A stretch of DNA of 64,000 nucleotides from SAR86 cluster bacterium (GCA_003331635.1 QOPH01000001.1:42599-106598); one strand, 5' to 3'; positions 17,707-27,934 are shown, numbered from the stretch's first letter. The notes: generated from the letters alone by a model not told the origin. Translations and numbers: made by a program.

Positions 17707-19029
17707 ATGTCTGACTTAGACCTAATACTCAAATCAGGAACAGTATTTTTAAGAAACGAAAGAATTGAAACTGATGTAGGTGTAAAAAATGGAAAAATTG
17801 TTTCATTTGGCAGTTTAGATAATGCCGAAGAAGTTATTGACTGTAAAAATCTTTTTGTCTTTCCTGGTCTTATTGATACTCAGTGTCATTTTAGAGAGCC
17901 TGGTGGTGAGCACAAAGAAACACTTGAAACAGGGACTAAATCAGCAGCTCTAGGTGGAATAGTAGGTATTTTTGAAATGCCAAATACTAATCCTCTCACT
18001 GTTACACCTGAGGCAATGGAATTTAAACTCAAAAGAGCTTCTGAGACAGCGTATGTTGATTATGCCTTTTATTTTGGAGGTACTGCTGAGAACTCATCGA
18101 ATTTATCTGAGTGGGAAAATTTAAAAGGAGTTTGCGGTATAAAAATCTTCATGGGATCAAGTACAGGAAGTTTGCTATCAGCCACCGATGAAGAAATTGA
18201 CAAAATTTTTGCTAACGGAAAAAGGGTTATTGCTGTTCATGCAGAAGATGAAGCTATGATGAATGAAAATAAAATGACTATTTTAAAAGATAGCAATGAT
18301 GTAAAAATGCATAACATCTGGCGTAGTGAAGAAAGCTGCTTTAATGCCACAAAAAGAGTTGTATCAATAGCAAAAAAATATAATAGACCTGTCCATGTTC
18401 TTCATATTACAACCGCTCAAGAAATGGATTATCTCAGACAGAACAAGGATGTTGCTAGCGTTGAAGTGTTGCCAAATCACTTATCCATGCATGCCCCTGA
18501 TTGTTATGAAGAAAAAGGAACATTAGCTCAACAAAATCCACCAATTAGAGAAAAACATCACCAAGATGCTCTGTGGAAAGCGGTAAATGATGGAACTGTT
18601 GATATATTGGGATCAGATCATGCACCACATACTCTTGATGAAAAAAGTGGTACTTACCCAGATACTCCAAGTGGTACACCAGGTGTTCAGACTATGTTGC
18701 CTGTTATGCTCAATCATGTCTCTGAAGGTAAATTGTCATATGAAAAACTTATCGATTTATTGGCTTATGGACCAATTAGAGTTCATAAAATTAAGAATAA
18801 ATGTGAGATAAAAGAAGGTAATGATGCCGATTTTACCATCGTTGATCCAAATATGACTCATATCATTAAAAATGAAGAACAAGCTTCAAAATCAGGTTGG
18901 ACTCCATACGATAACAAAAAGGTTAAGGGCTTCCCAATGATGACTATTATTAGAGGAAAAAAGGTAATGCAGGATGGTGAACTTTTGTTGCATCATACTG
19001 GTAAAGAAATTGAATTTGAAATAATATAA
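17707..19029 (+). CDS. pyrC: Dihydroorotase-type cyclic amidohydrolase
   Basis: Motifs DTQCHFREPG, AVHAEDE and GSDHAPH. At 440 aa it is a long-type dihydroorotase/allantoinase-family protein. Confidence 0.7.
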   Translation: MSDLDLILKSGTVFLRNERIETDVGVKNGKIVSFGSLDNAEEVIDCKNLFVFPGLIDTQCHFREPGGEHKETLETGTKSAALGGIVGIFEMPNTNPLTVTPEAMEFKLKRASETAYVDYAFYFGGTAENSSNLSEWENLKGVCGIKIFMGSSTGSLLSATDEEIDKIFANGKRVIAVHAEDEAMMNENKMTILKDSNDVKMHNIWRSEESCFNATKRVVSIAKKYNRPVHVLHITTAQEMDYLRQNKDVASVEVLPNHLSMHAPDCYEEKGTLAQQNPPIREKHHQDALWKAVNDGTVDILGSDHAPHTLDEKSGTYPDTPSGTPGVQTMLPVMLNHVSEGKLSYEKLIDLLAYGPIRVHKIKNKCEIKEGNDADFTIVDPNMTHIIKNEEQASKSGWTPYDNKKVKGFPMMTIIRGKKVMQDGELLLHHTGKEIEFEII

Positions 19030-19125
19030 TCAATGTATCAAGAGAAGGATTAAATTCCTCTCCAACCTGCCAACTCCGGTAAGGTGGAAAAAAGATGCGG
19101 TTAACCAACAATTAAAGGAGTTAAA

Positions 19126-19314
19126 GTGAAAAAAATAAATAAAAAAAAGCTAGCTGATGTTAAAGCACGTCATCAAACTAAAATTAGTAAAGGTAAGAAC
19201 ATTACTAATGATGATATAAAAGACTTGTTAGATGCTATGGGCATTGAAGAAGTTCCAGAAGACCATCCTGTATATAAAGAAGGTCCTTTTTTAATATTTT
19301 TAAATAAAAAATAA
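19126..19314 (+). CDS. Hypothetical 62-aa protein (basic N-terminus, acidic centre)
   Basis: GTG start preceded by a strong AAAGGAG Shine-Dalgarno sequence 6 nt upstream. No recognisable motif. Confidence 0.4.
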   Translation: MKKINKKKLADVKARHQTKISKGKNITNDDIKDLLDAMGIEEVPEDHPVYKEGPFLIFLNKK

Positions 19315-19330
19315 GTTATTTATTATTATT

Positions 19331-19552
19331 TCAAGGGACTGGATCGTGCCCTGAGTCCCCCCATGGATGGCACTTTGAGATTCTCTTTATTGCAAGCCAA
19401 AGACCTTTGAATGGGCCATGCTTATTAATTGCTTCGATTGCATAGTTAGAGCATGTCGGAGTAAATCTACAACTTGGTCCAATTAATGGTGATAAAAGTA
19501 TTTGATAAAGTTTAATCGGAACAATCAAGAAATAATTAAGAATTTTTAGCAT
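19331..19552 (-). CDS. yidD: Membrane protein insertion efficiency factor YidD
   Basis: [29 protein letters not shown] signature. Length 73 aa. Confidence 0.88.
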   Translation of the reverse strand: MLKILNYFLIVPIKLYQILLSPLIGPSCRFTPTCSNYAIEAINKHGPFKGLWLAIKRISKCHPWGDSGHDPVP

Positions 19553-19557
19553 TCCAA

Positions 19558-21495
19558 CTATGGTATTTGAATTTCTTCTACTAGAGACTTAACAAAAACA
19601 TCTAATTTTTTAACTTCTGTTTTTTCACTTCCTAATCTACGAACAGAGACAGTTTCGTCATCAACCTCCTTTTTACCGAGAGCAAGAATTATTGAAGATT
19701 TAGATTTGCTGTGTTCACGAACTTTATAACTAATTTGTTCATTTCTTTTATCAGACATTACTCTGACACCAAGATCTAATAATTTTTTTTCTATATCATC
19801 TGCATATGCTTTAGCTTCATCTGTTATTGTTGCTAGAACAACTTGAGTAGGTGACAGCCATAAAGGAAGATTACCACCATAGTTTTCAAGCAATATGCCA
19901 ATAAAACGTTCAAAAGACCCTAAAGCGGCTCTATGTAATAAGACAGGTGTATGTTTTGCTCCATCCTCGCCAACATATGTTGAGTCAAATCTACCAGGAA
20001 GATTAAAATCAGCTTGCCAAGTTCCACATTGCCATTTTCTGCCAATTGCATCTGTTAAGACAAAATCAAGTTTTGGACCATAGAAAGCTCCATCACCCTC
20101 ATCAATTTCATACTCGATATTAAGCTTTTCTATTGCCTCTTGAAGAGCTTTTTCTGCTTTATCCCAACTGGCATCACTACCAACTCGTTTTTCTGGTCTG
20201 GTAGATAATTTAATTTTAAATTCATTAAAACCTAAGTCACTGTACATTTTTGATAGTAAAGCAATGAAATTTGCTGTTTCACTTTCAATTTGATCTTCTG
20301 TACAAAAAATATGTGCATCATCTTGAGCAAAACCCCTTACACGCATCAAGCCATGCATAGTTCCTGATGGTTCATACCTATGGCATTTACCAAATTCACA
20401 AAGTCTAAAAGGAAGATCACGATAAGACCGAATATCTTGATTATATATCTGAACATGATTAGGGCAGTTCATAGGCTTTAATGCATTTGTACGTTTCTCA
20501 TTGGCATGCTCCTCATCAATTTCAGTTATGAACATATTTTCTCTATATTGATCCCAGTGCCCAGATTTTACCCATAATTTTCTATCAACTACCTCAGGAG
20601 TATTCACTTCACTATATCCAGCATTTTTTTGCATTTTTCTAACGTAATATTGCAATTGTGTATAAATACTCCATCCTTTTGGATGCCAAAAAACCATCCC
20701 CGGAGCTTCTTCTTGAAAATGAAATAAATCCATTTCTTTACCTAGCTTTCTATGGTCAAACTCTTCAGCTTTTTGCATTTTTTCAATGTAGGAATTAAGT
20801 TCCTTTTTTGTTCTCCAGGCAGTTCCATATATTCGTGTGAGCATCTCATTTTCAGAATTACCTTTCCAATATGCTCCCGAAATTTTTGTAAGCTTAAATT
20901 CTCCAACATATTCCAATGATGGAAGATGCGGGCCACGACATAAATCAATAAAACCAGTTTCTTTTTGCTCATATATCTGAAAATCTTTCTTTTGATCAGC
21001 TTCCTCAATAAGTGATGCTTTAAAACCTTCGTCTAAATCTTTAAATTTTGATATAGCATCTTTTTTATCATGTAAAGTTTTATAAATTTCGCTCTTATTT
21101 GAGATAATATTTCTCATTTCCTCTTCTATTTTTGGTAGCTCTTCAGATGATATTGGTTTCTCAAAAAGGAAATCATAATAAAAACCATCTTCAATAGTTG
21201 GTCCAATTGCCAATTTTGATGTTGGATAAATATTTTTTACAGCTTGTGCTAGAACCTGTGCAGTTAGTGTATGCCTCATGATCTCTAGGCCTTCATCACT
21301 TTTTATAGTAATAATTGATACATTATCACCATCAGCTAAAGTATCAGATAAATCTCTTTGTTCGCCATTAACTGACATTGCAATAGCATCTTTGGCTAAT
21401 CCTGGGCCAATTAAAGCAGCTAAATCATTTCCATTGCTATCCTTTGGAAGATCTTTTCCACTTCCATCTGGTAAATTAACTACAATATTTCCCAT
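19558..21495 (-). CDS. thrS: Threonine--tRNA ligase
   Basis: 645 aa with class II motifs ([26 protein letters not shown]) and a C-terminal anticodon-binding region. Confidence 0.93.
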   Translation of the reverse strand: MGNIVVNLPDGSGKDLPKDSNGNDLAALIGPGLAKDAIAMSVNGEQRDLSDTLADGDNVSIITIKSDEGLEIMRHTLTAQVLAQAVKNIYPTSKLAIGPTIEDGFYYDFLFEKPISSEELPKIEEEMRNIISNKSEIYKTLHDKKDAISKFKDLDEGFKASLIEEADQKKDFQIYEQKETGFIDLCRGPHLPSLEYVGEFKLTKISGAYWKGNSENEMLTRIYGTAWRTKKELNSYIEKMQKAEEFDHRKLGKEMDLFHFQEEAPGMVFWHPKGWSIYTQLQYYVRKMQKNAGYSEVNTPEVVDRKLWVKSGHWDQYRENMFITEIDEEHANEKRTNALKPMNCPNHVQIYNQDIRSYRDLPFRLCEFGKCHRYEPSGTMHGLMRVRGFAQDDAHIFCTEDQIESETANFIALLSKMYSDLGFNEFKIKLSTRPEKRVGSDASWDKAEKALQEAIEKLNIEYEIDEGDGAFYGPKLDFVLTDAIGRKWQCGTWQADFNLPGRFDSTYVGEDGAKHTPVLLHRAALGSFERFIGILLENYGGNLPLWLSPTQVVLATITDEAKAYADDIEKKLLDLGVRVMSDKRNEQISYKVREHSKSKSSIILALGKKEVDDETVSVRRLGSEKTEVKKLDVFVKSLVEEIQIP

Positions 21496-22811
21496 TCTGT
21501 CTTTCCATTAACATCGTTTATTTTTACATTCATTTCGCTAAGTTTATCCCTTATTTTGTCTGCTTTTTCATAATCGTTATTATTCCTTGCATTATTTCTC
21601 TCTTTAATCAATTTTTCAATTTCATTGGATAATTTTTTATCGATAGACAAATCTTGATCAGAGCCTTCAAATATATATTTAAAGGTGGAAATATTTTCTT
21701 CTAAATCACTATCATTAGAACTAACTAATCTTTGCATTTCTCTTATAGCTAATGGAGTATTTAAATCATCAAGCAAAGCTTTACCGACTGTTGAATCCTT
21801 ATAAAACTTTAATTCTTTCAAATTATATTTTTTAAGTTCACGATTGAGTTTTTGATAAATATTTTTTGATTGCCCTAATAACTCCAAGCTCCATGGAATG
21901 GGCTGCCTATAGTGTGTAGATAATAATGCTAATCTTATCTCATTCCCTTTAAAATTCTTTTTCAAATCATCTATGTAAACAACATTGCCTAGTGATTTTG
22001 ACATTTTTTCATTATCTAAATTTAAAAAACCGTTATGAAACCAATATTTTGCAAATGATTCTGCTGATTCATTGCTGTGATATGCACATGTTTGAGCTAT
22101 TTCATTATCATGATGAGGGAATTTCAAATCGTTGCCTCCACCATGTATATCAAACGGTACACCTAATACTATTTCTGACATAACTGAACACTCAAGATGC
22201 CATCCAGGACGTCCTAAACCCCAAGGGGAATCCCATCCTGGCTCATCATCATTTGAGGGCTTCCAAAGTGTAAAGTCATATGGATCCTCTTTATATGTCT
22301 CTACATCAACACGAGAGCCTGAATCTTGTTCTTGAATAATTCTTTCTGATAAAATTCCATAATTTTTGAAACTCTTTACTCGAAATAATACATTTCCATT
22401 TGCAACATATGCAGCATCTTTATCTATTAAGACATTTATAAAATCGATCATTTCTTTTATGAAGTCAGTAGCAAAGGGCTGATTATCAGGGTCATCTATC
22501 CCTAAAAATTTTGTATCTCTTTTATACTGCTCAAAATATCTTTTAGATAATTCTTTAATAGAAACTTTTTCCTTTACCGAGGCTTCAATAATTTTGTCAT
22601 CTATATCAGTAATATTTGATACAAATGTTACTCTTTTATATATTCCTTTTAATACCTTAGCCAGCAAATCAGCACAGACAAAAGCACGTGCATTTCCAAT
22701 ATGAATATTGTTATAAACTGTTGGCCCGCACGAGTAATATCTAACGTTATTTTCATCAATTGGTATAAATGATTCTTTCTTTTTGGTTAGAGTATTGTAA
22801 ATTTTTAACAT
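21480..22811 (-). CDS. cysS: Cysteine--tRNA ligase
   Basis: HIGNAR (HIGH) and KMSKSLGN motifs. Length 443 aa. Confidence 0.92.
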   Translation of the reverse strand: MLKIYNTLTKKKESFIPIDENNVRYYSCGPTVYNNIHIGNARAFVCADLLAKVLKGIYKRVTFVSNITDIDDKIIEASVKEKVSIKELSKRYFEQYKRDTKFLGIDDPDNQPFATDFIKEMIDFINVLIDKDAAYVANGNVLFRVKSFKNYGILSERIIQEQDSGSRVDVETYKEDPYDFTLWKPSNDDEPGWDSPWGLGRPGWHLECSVMSEIVLGVPFDIHGGGNDLKFPHHDNEIAQTCAYHSNESAESFAKYWFHNGFLNLDNEKMSKSLGNVVYIDDLKKNFKGNEIRLALLSTHYRQPIPWSLELLGQSKNIYQKLNRELKKYNLKELKFYKDSTVGKALLDDLNTPLAIREMQRLVSSNDSDLEENISTFKYIFEGSDQDLSIDKKLSNEIEKLIKERNNARNNNDYEKADKIRDKLSEMNVKINDVNGKTEWEIL

Positions 22812-23261
22812 TTAATCCCCAAAAAAACCTGCTTTATTTCCAGAGTGTTCTGATACATAAACAGATTCTATAACAACATCTATTTCATGTTCTTGAAAAT
22901 ATTTAAAAATGAATTTGTAAGTCATTTCAGCGAATTTTTCACAGCTTATTTCATCAAGTTCTACAACATTCGCAACACCCAAATTATCGAATTCTAAAAA
23001 TTTTTCTTTAAATGGATCATCTTTTGCAATTAACAGTGTGTGATCAAAATTATCTCTAAGCCATTTTTTTAGAAATTTAAAATCACCAAAATTAAAAACC
23101 CAGTTATTTTCGTCTAATTTTTGCGAAATTAAATTGATTTCAAAGCCTAGACTGTACCCATGTATCTTTGAACAATTTGACTGTGCATTCCATTGTCTAA
23201 AAGCACATGAATAGCCACTATCATGCCCAAATGTCTTTGTAATTTTATAATTTGGCATCAA
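22812..23261 (-). CDS. Divergent 6-pyruvoyl-tetrahydropterin/6-carboxytetrahydropterin synthase-family protein
   Basis: 149 aa. It carries C-S-K-I-H-G-Y where QueD has CxxxHGH, plus an FDHTLL motif. It lies close to folE. Confidence 0.55.
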   Translation of the reverse strand: MMPNYKITKTFGHDSGYSCAFRQWNAQSNCSKIHGYSLGFEINLISQKLDENNWVFNFGDFKFLKKWLRDNFDHTLLIAKDDPFKEKFLEFDNLGVANVVELDEISCEKFAEMTYKFIFKYFQEHEIDVVIESVYVSEHSGNKAGFFGD

Positions 23262-23823
23262 TTAATTCTTTTAAATCAGCAAAGGGCAGGCCATTTATTG
23301 CTTCTAAACTCCCTATGACACTTTTAAATAGTTTAAATCCGTTTGCTTCAAATTTATATGCACCGCATGATTCTAGAGGGTTATCTAAAGCAACATACTC
23401 TTGAATTTCTCTGTCAGTTAAATTTCTCATTTCCATTTCACATTCAATTTGATGCTCGATTATTATCTCATTTCCTTTAGATACACAATATGCGCCAAAA
23501 AGATTATGAGTATTGCCTGAAAGTTCTTTTAAATTCGATATAGCTTTATGCTCGTTTAGAGGTTTGCTCATTATCTTGTCATTAAATATACATATCTGAT
23601 CGCATCCTAAAATATATTTTTCAGAGAATTTATCGGTAAGACTTAGTGCCTTTGATTTAGCCAATAATACTGCTAGTGACCTTGGGTTTAAATTATGATT
23701 ATCTTGTTTAAGTTGCTCTTCATTAATTTCGGGATCACAAAAAATTACATCTACAGCATAATTTGAAATTATGTCTCTTCTAATTTTAGATGATGAGGCT
23801 AATACGATTTCTAATTTGGACAA
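23245..23823 (-). CDS. maf: Maf-like nucleoside triphosphate pyrophosphatase
   Basis: IVLASSSKIRRDII N-terminus, 192 aa, and the typical Maf C-terminal ESCGAYKFE context. Confidence 0.8.
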   Translation of the reverse strand: MSKLEIVLASSSKIRRDIISNYAVDVIFCDPEINEEQLKQDNHNLNPRSLAVLLAKSKALSLTDKFSEKYILGCDQICIFNDKIMSKPLNEHKAISNLKELSGNTHNLFGAYCVSKGNEIIIEHQIECEMEMRNLTDREIQEYVALDNPLESCGAYKFEANGFKLFKSVIGSLEAINGLPFADLKELIDAKL

Positions 23824-23825
23824 CT

Positions 23826-24425
23826 TTATTTTGGGAGTCTTATAAAGTTTAGAAATTCATTTCTAGTAGTAGGATTTTCTTTAAAAATCCCCCTCATAGA
23901 GCTTGTTACAGTTGATGATTCAGTTTTGTGTATTCCTCTTGTGCTCATACATTGATGAGATGCATCTATAACAACTGCAACACCTTTTGGTTTCAGAACA
24001 CTTTCAATTGTATTTGCAATTTGTTGAGTCATTGTTTCTTGTGTTTGAAGTCTTTTTCCAAAGACATCAACTATTCTTGCAAGTTTGCTTATTCCTACAA
24101 CTCTATTATTTGGAATATAAGCTACGTGTGCTTTTCCTAATATAGGTACAATATGATGCTCACAATGAGATTCAACTGCTATATCTTTAACAAGAACCAT
24201 TTCGTCATATCCTTCAACTTCTTTAAAAGTTTTTTGGAGGATTTCTTCTGGATCTTGTTCATAACCAGCAAAAAACTCCTCATAAGCTTTAACAACTCTT
24301 TTTGGAGTTTCAACCAATCCTTCTCTTTTTGGATCGTCACCAGCCCACTCTATAAGAGTAGTCACTGCTTTCATTGCTTCTTCACGTGATGGTTTTTTCA
24401 TAAGTTGCTTATTATAACTATACAA
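23826..24425 (-). CDS. folE: GTP cyclohydrolase I
   Basis: ESHCEHHIVPILGKAHVAYIP and SHQCMSTRG motifs. Confidence 0.92.
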   Translation of the reverse strand: MYSYNKQLMKKPSREEAMKAVTTLIEWAGDDPKREGLVETPKRVVKAYEEFFAGYEQDPEEILQKTFKEVEGYDEMVLVKDIAVESHCEHHIVPILGKAHVAYIPNNRVVGISKLARIVDVFGKRLQTQETMTQQIANTIESVLKPKGVAVVIDASHQCMSTRGIHKTESSTVTSSMRGIFKENPTTRNEFLNFIRLPK

Positions 24426-24441
24426 ATATCAGGATTGTTAA

Positions 24442-25434
24442 TTATTTAATAGGTATTATGTAATTTTCAAGTACTGACATATTTTCATTTTTTATACTAA
24501 TTTCTAGCTTTGTTGGATAAATATCTATAATTCCATAATTATTTTCGGGATATGTTTTTCCTTTGAGCAAAACATCAGTTTCTCTTTCGGGGAAAATGCC
24601 GACATTTAAAGAAGATGATGTAAATTCATACATTTCATCCTTTTGATAAATGCCACTTCTATGTCTATCACCACTAATGATTAATACGTTTGAATCTAAT
24701 CTATTTAATAAATTTAGTAATTTCTCTCTTTCATTCGGAAAATTCGACCATTTTTCAAAACGATGTTCTGTAGCAAGAACTTGTATTGATGTAGCAATAA
24801 TTAGAATATCATGTTCAACTTCAACTTGTTTCTGAAGCCAACTCCATTGTTGTTCACCTAGAATAGTTGCATCAGCTGACTTATTTTGAAGGTACGCACC
24901 ATTTTTTTTTTCTAAATTACTTCTAAAATAACGCGTATCAAGACCAATGATGAGAACCTGTAAATTGTTTATATCTCGTAATTCACTAAAATATATACCT
25001 TCTCTATTTCTTCTCGGATCATTTTGTGAAATATTCCAAAAATCATTAAATAATTTTTGTGATTCTATTTTGTATTTGTAATCACCACCACCATCATTCA
25101 TACCATAATCGTGATCATCCCAAATAGTGAAAATCTCAACTTCATTAAACCATTGAGGTTTATTTTGTTTAAATGTGTCATAAGCATTAATTAATCTTCC
25201 TAGTTCTCCACTAGGAATGTCACCATAAACATTATCTCCAAGAAAAAAAAAGCTGTCTAAATTTTCTTTTTTTAATGATTCCCAAGCTGGTATTTCCATA
25301 TCTTGGTCATGGCAAGATCCTAGACCTAATCTGTAGAAATCCTCAGAGGATAGTGAGAAACTCACTATAAATAAAATTGAATATATAAATTTCAAAAATT
25401 TCCTCTTGAATGCATAAGTCTTCAGAGTTAACAT
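24442..25434 (-). CDS. PhoD-like metallophosphatase (alkaline phosphatase D family)
   Basis: Signal peptide plus GDNVYGD, WDDHDYGMND and SGDRH motifs. Confidence 0.7.
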   Translation of the reverse strand: MLTLKTYAFKRKFLKFIYSILFIVSFSLSSEDFYRLGLGSCHDQDMEIPAWESLKKENLDSFFFLGDNVYGDIPSGELGRLINAYDTFKQNKPQWFNEVEIFTIWDDHDYGMNDGGGDYKYKIESQKLFNDFWNISQNDPRRNREGIYFSELRDINNLQVLIIGLDTRYFRSNLEKKNGAYLQNKSADATILGEQQWSWLQKQVEVEHDILIIATSIQVLATEHRFEKWSNFPNEREKLLNLLNRLDSNVLIISGDRHRSGIYQKDEMYEFTSSSLNVGIFPERETDVLLKGKTYPENNYGIIDIYPTKLEISIKNENMSVLENYIIPIK

Positions 25435-25448
25435 TTTACTTCAATTAA

Positions 25449-25524
25449 GCGAGTGTAGCACAGTTGGTAGTGCGCAACCTTGCCAAGGTTGAGGTCACGG
25501 GTTCGAACCCCGTCACTCGCTCCA
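25449..25524 (+). tRNA. tRNA-Gly (anticodon GCC)
   Basis: Cloverleaf read directly. Acceptor stem GCGAGTG/CACTCGC, anticodon arm CAACC-TTGCCAA-GGTTG, T-loop GGTTCGAAC and encoded CCA. A T-run follows. Confidence 0.93.
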
Positions 25525-25578
25525 CTTTTTTCTGATTTTTAATTTTTTTTTTGTTAAATTATTTAAAGAGGTTCATAT

Positions 25579-26043
25579 ATGAAAAAAATTATTTTTTTAT
25601 TTTTCACTATTTCAATTTTTGTGTTTTCCCATGGAGCGGAGAAAAAAGATCTTCCAGGAGCTTGGAAGTTAGTTGAATCTTCTTGGAATGGCCAATTTTT
25701 TGATATCAAAGATCCTTCGCCTATCAAGGTCTATACAGAAGGGTATGTAGATGGAAATTATCATGGCACATATTTTGTAAGCTTTTACAATCAAAAAGGT
25801 GAGGCAGGTTTTAATCAAGGTTTTTATAAGCTCGATAATGGCACATTAGTTGAATATATAAATAATTCTACCGATTCAAATTCGTTAAATAACAAAGTTA
25901 GCTTTATGCCAAATTTCATGGGAGATAAGATGTCCTTTATTCAGACTATTGAATATCCCAATGGAGATGTTTTATTTGAAAGATGGGAAAGATTGTCTTG
26001 CGTAGTAGAAAAGTGCTACAAACTTAGAAGCAAAAAAGATTAG
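25579..26043 (+). CDS. Secreted hypothetical protein (possibly lipocalin-like)
   Basis: Signal peptide and a GAWKL motif near the mature N-terminus. No other recognisable motif. Confidence 0.4.
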   Translation: MKKIIFLFFTISIFVFSHGAEKKDLPGAWKLVESSWNGQFFDIKDPSPIKVYTEGYVDGNYHGTYFVSFYNQKGEAGFNQGFYKLDNGTLVEYINNSTDSNSLNNKVSFMPNFMGDKMSFIQTIEYPNGDVLFERWERLSCVVEKCYKLRSKKD

Positions 26044-26159
26044 TGTCGCCACTTAATTCTATCATCTCTATTCGTTTGTTTTTTACCTGCTCTAACATTA
26101 AAGAGCAGGTAAGAGGCTATTAGTATTATTACTAAAAGTATTAAAAGAAATATTTCCAT
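26040..26159 (-). CDS. Candidate 39-aa single-TM protein (MEIFLLILLVIILIASYLLFNVRAGKKQTNRDDRIKWRH)
   Basis: Not in the ORF track because it is under 60 aa. Its ATG shares the A of the upstream gene's stop (TAATG). It has a hydrophobic helix and a basic tail. Caveat: an 11-bp hairpin at 26083-26112 lies inside it. Confidence 0.3.
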   Translation of the reverse strand: MEIFLLILLVIILIASYLLFNVRAGKKQTNRDDRIKWRH

Positions 26160-26926
26160 TATCTGCTTCTTAGTTTTGCAAGCAATCTAAGTATCTCTAA
26201 ATATAACCAGATAAGTGTAACCATTAATGAAAATGCTCCATACCATTCAAGATACTTTGGAGCACCATTTTCTGCTCCTTGTTCTATGTAATCAAAATCA
26301 AGAACTAAGTTCAAAGCAGCTATGCATACCACTAATAATGAAAAACCAATTCCAAACAACCCATTTGAGTGAATAAAGCCTATAGAGGTACCAAAAAACA
26401 TCATTATGAAATTAACTAAGTACAAGGCAAAAATAGCGAATGTACCTGCAAAAACCATTAATAAAAAATTTCTATCCGGCTTAATAATTCCTGTTTTGTA
26501 AGCGAATAAAAGACCAAACATAGTTGCAAAAGTTAGAGTAACAGCTTGTATTGTGATGCCACCAAATTGAGATTCATACATAGCTGATATACCACCAAGG
26601 GCAAAACCTTTTGCTAGAGCATATAAAGGCGCAGTTATAGGCGCCCAGGTTCGTTTAAAGATAGTAATTATTGCAAATATAAGACCTACTACACTTCCAC
26701 CGATCATAAAACCAGTTATTGCTTGTGGTCCATATGAAAAATATTGTGACCATGTATATGATGCAGTTAGAAGAACTAGCAATAAGCTTATTCCAACTTT
26801 ATTTACAGTTCCCTGTAATGTCATTTTAGGAATAGATACATCTATTACCTTTTCATTAAAAGTTTTGTCTGAAAGCATAGGATTTCCAGATCGACCAAAT
26901 GTAGATAACGCTTGTTTTGAATTCAT
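26159..26926 (-). CDS. Bax inhibitor-1/YccA-family membrane protein
   Basis: 255 aa with an N-terminal RSGNPML-type segment followed by seven hydrophobic helices. Confidence 0.55.
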   Translation of the reverse strand: MNSKQALSTFGRSGNPMLSDKTFNEKVIDVSIPKMTLQGTVNKVGISLLLVLLTASYTWSQYFSYGPQAITGFMIGGSVVGLIFAIITIFKRTWAPITAPLYALAKGFALGGISAMYESQFGGITIQAVTLTFATMFGLLFAYKTGIIKPDRNFLLMVFAGTFAIFALYLVNFIMMFFGTSIGFIHSNGLFGIGFSLLVVCIAALNLVLDFDYIEQGAENGAPKYLEWYGAFSLMVTLIWLYLEILRLLAKLRSR

Positions 26927-26968
26927 AATTTAATTATAAGAATTAATTAAATATATTAAACTGTTTAG

Positions 26969-27934
26969 ATGGTATCGATTGATGATTTAAATGATGCTTA
27001 TAAAAGAATTAACCCATATATTGTAAAGACACCTATACATATATCTGAAGCTCTAAACAAAAAATTTGATTCAAATATTTTTCTTAAAGATGAAACGAAA
27101 CAACTTACAGGATCATTTAAAATTAGAGGAGCTTTATCTGCTTTAAGCAAACTAAAACAAAATAATATTAATGGTGTAGTTGCTTTTTCTTCAGGCAATC
27201 ATGCACAAGGTGTTTCTAAGGCTGCTCAAATATTTGATATGGAAGCTACTATAGTAATGCCTGAAGATGCGCCAAAGAATAAAATCGAAAAAACAAAAAA
27301 AAATGGTGCAACAATTGTTTTTTACAAAAGACATATAGAGAGCAGAGAGGAGATAGCTATAAAATTATCTAAGGAACTGAATTTCCCTTTAGTCAAACCC
27401 TTCGATAATGAGGATATTATTGCTGGTCAGGGAAGTTTTGGGCTAGAGGTAGCAGAATTTTTTTTATCCTCAGATATGAAATTAGATATCTTATTATCCT
27501 GTACATCGGGTGGAGGGTTAGTTGCTGGAACTGGTATTGCTATAAAACATTTTTTTCCCGATGCTTTAATTTATCCTGTCGAGCCGTTTAATTGTAATGA
27601 TACTGAAATTTCTCTTAAAAATAAGTCAAGAACAAGACTAAAAAAAAGAGATAATACTATATGCGATGCCCTTGAAGTTGAAATACCTGGTGAAATTACT
27701 TTTCCTATTAACAAAAAGAATTGTAAAAAAGGATTATCTGTTACCGATAGCGAAGTTATAGCAGCAATGAAATTTCTTCATCAAGATCTTGGCATAATAG
27801 CTGAGCCGAGTGGATGCGTAAGTCTAGCCGCTGTATTATCAAAAAAAATTAATGTATCTGGAAAAAATACTTTAATAACAATTTCTGGAGGCAATGTGGA
27901 TCAGAATTATTTTAAAAAGTTAATATCAGCTTAA
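26969..27934 (+). CDS. PLP-dependent threonine/serine dehydratase-family enzyme
   Basis: SFKIRGA (PLP lysine), SSGNHAQG and a glycine-rich SGGGL loop. Length 321 aa. Confidence 0.8.
   Translation: MVSIDDLNDAYKRINPYIVKTPIHISEALNKKFDSNIFLKDETKQLTGSFKIRGALSALSKLKQNNINGVVAFSSGNHAQGVSKAAQIFDMEATIVMPEDAPKNKIEKTKKNGATIVFYKRHIESREEIAIKLSKELNFPLVKPFDNEDIIAGQGSFGLEVAEFFLSSDMKLDILLSCTSGGGLVAGTGIAIKHFFPDALIYPVEPFNCNDTEISLKNKSRTRLKKRDNTICDALEVEIPGEITFPINKKNCKKGLSVTDSEVIAAMKFLHQDLGIIAEPSGCVSLAAVLSKKINVSGKNTLITISGGNVDQNYFKKLISA

Noticed and set aside
26083-26112. 11-bp inverted repeat as a bidirectional intrinsic terminator between convergent genes
   Set aside because: The T-run precedes the stem on the plus strand, which puts an A-run after it on the minus strand. 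Neither orientation is therefore a canonical terminator. It is reported as an ambiguous element instead.
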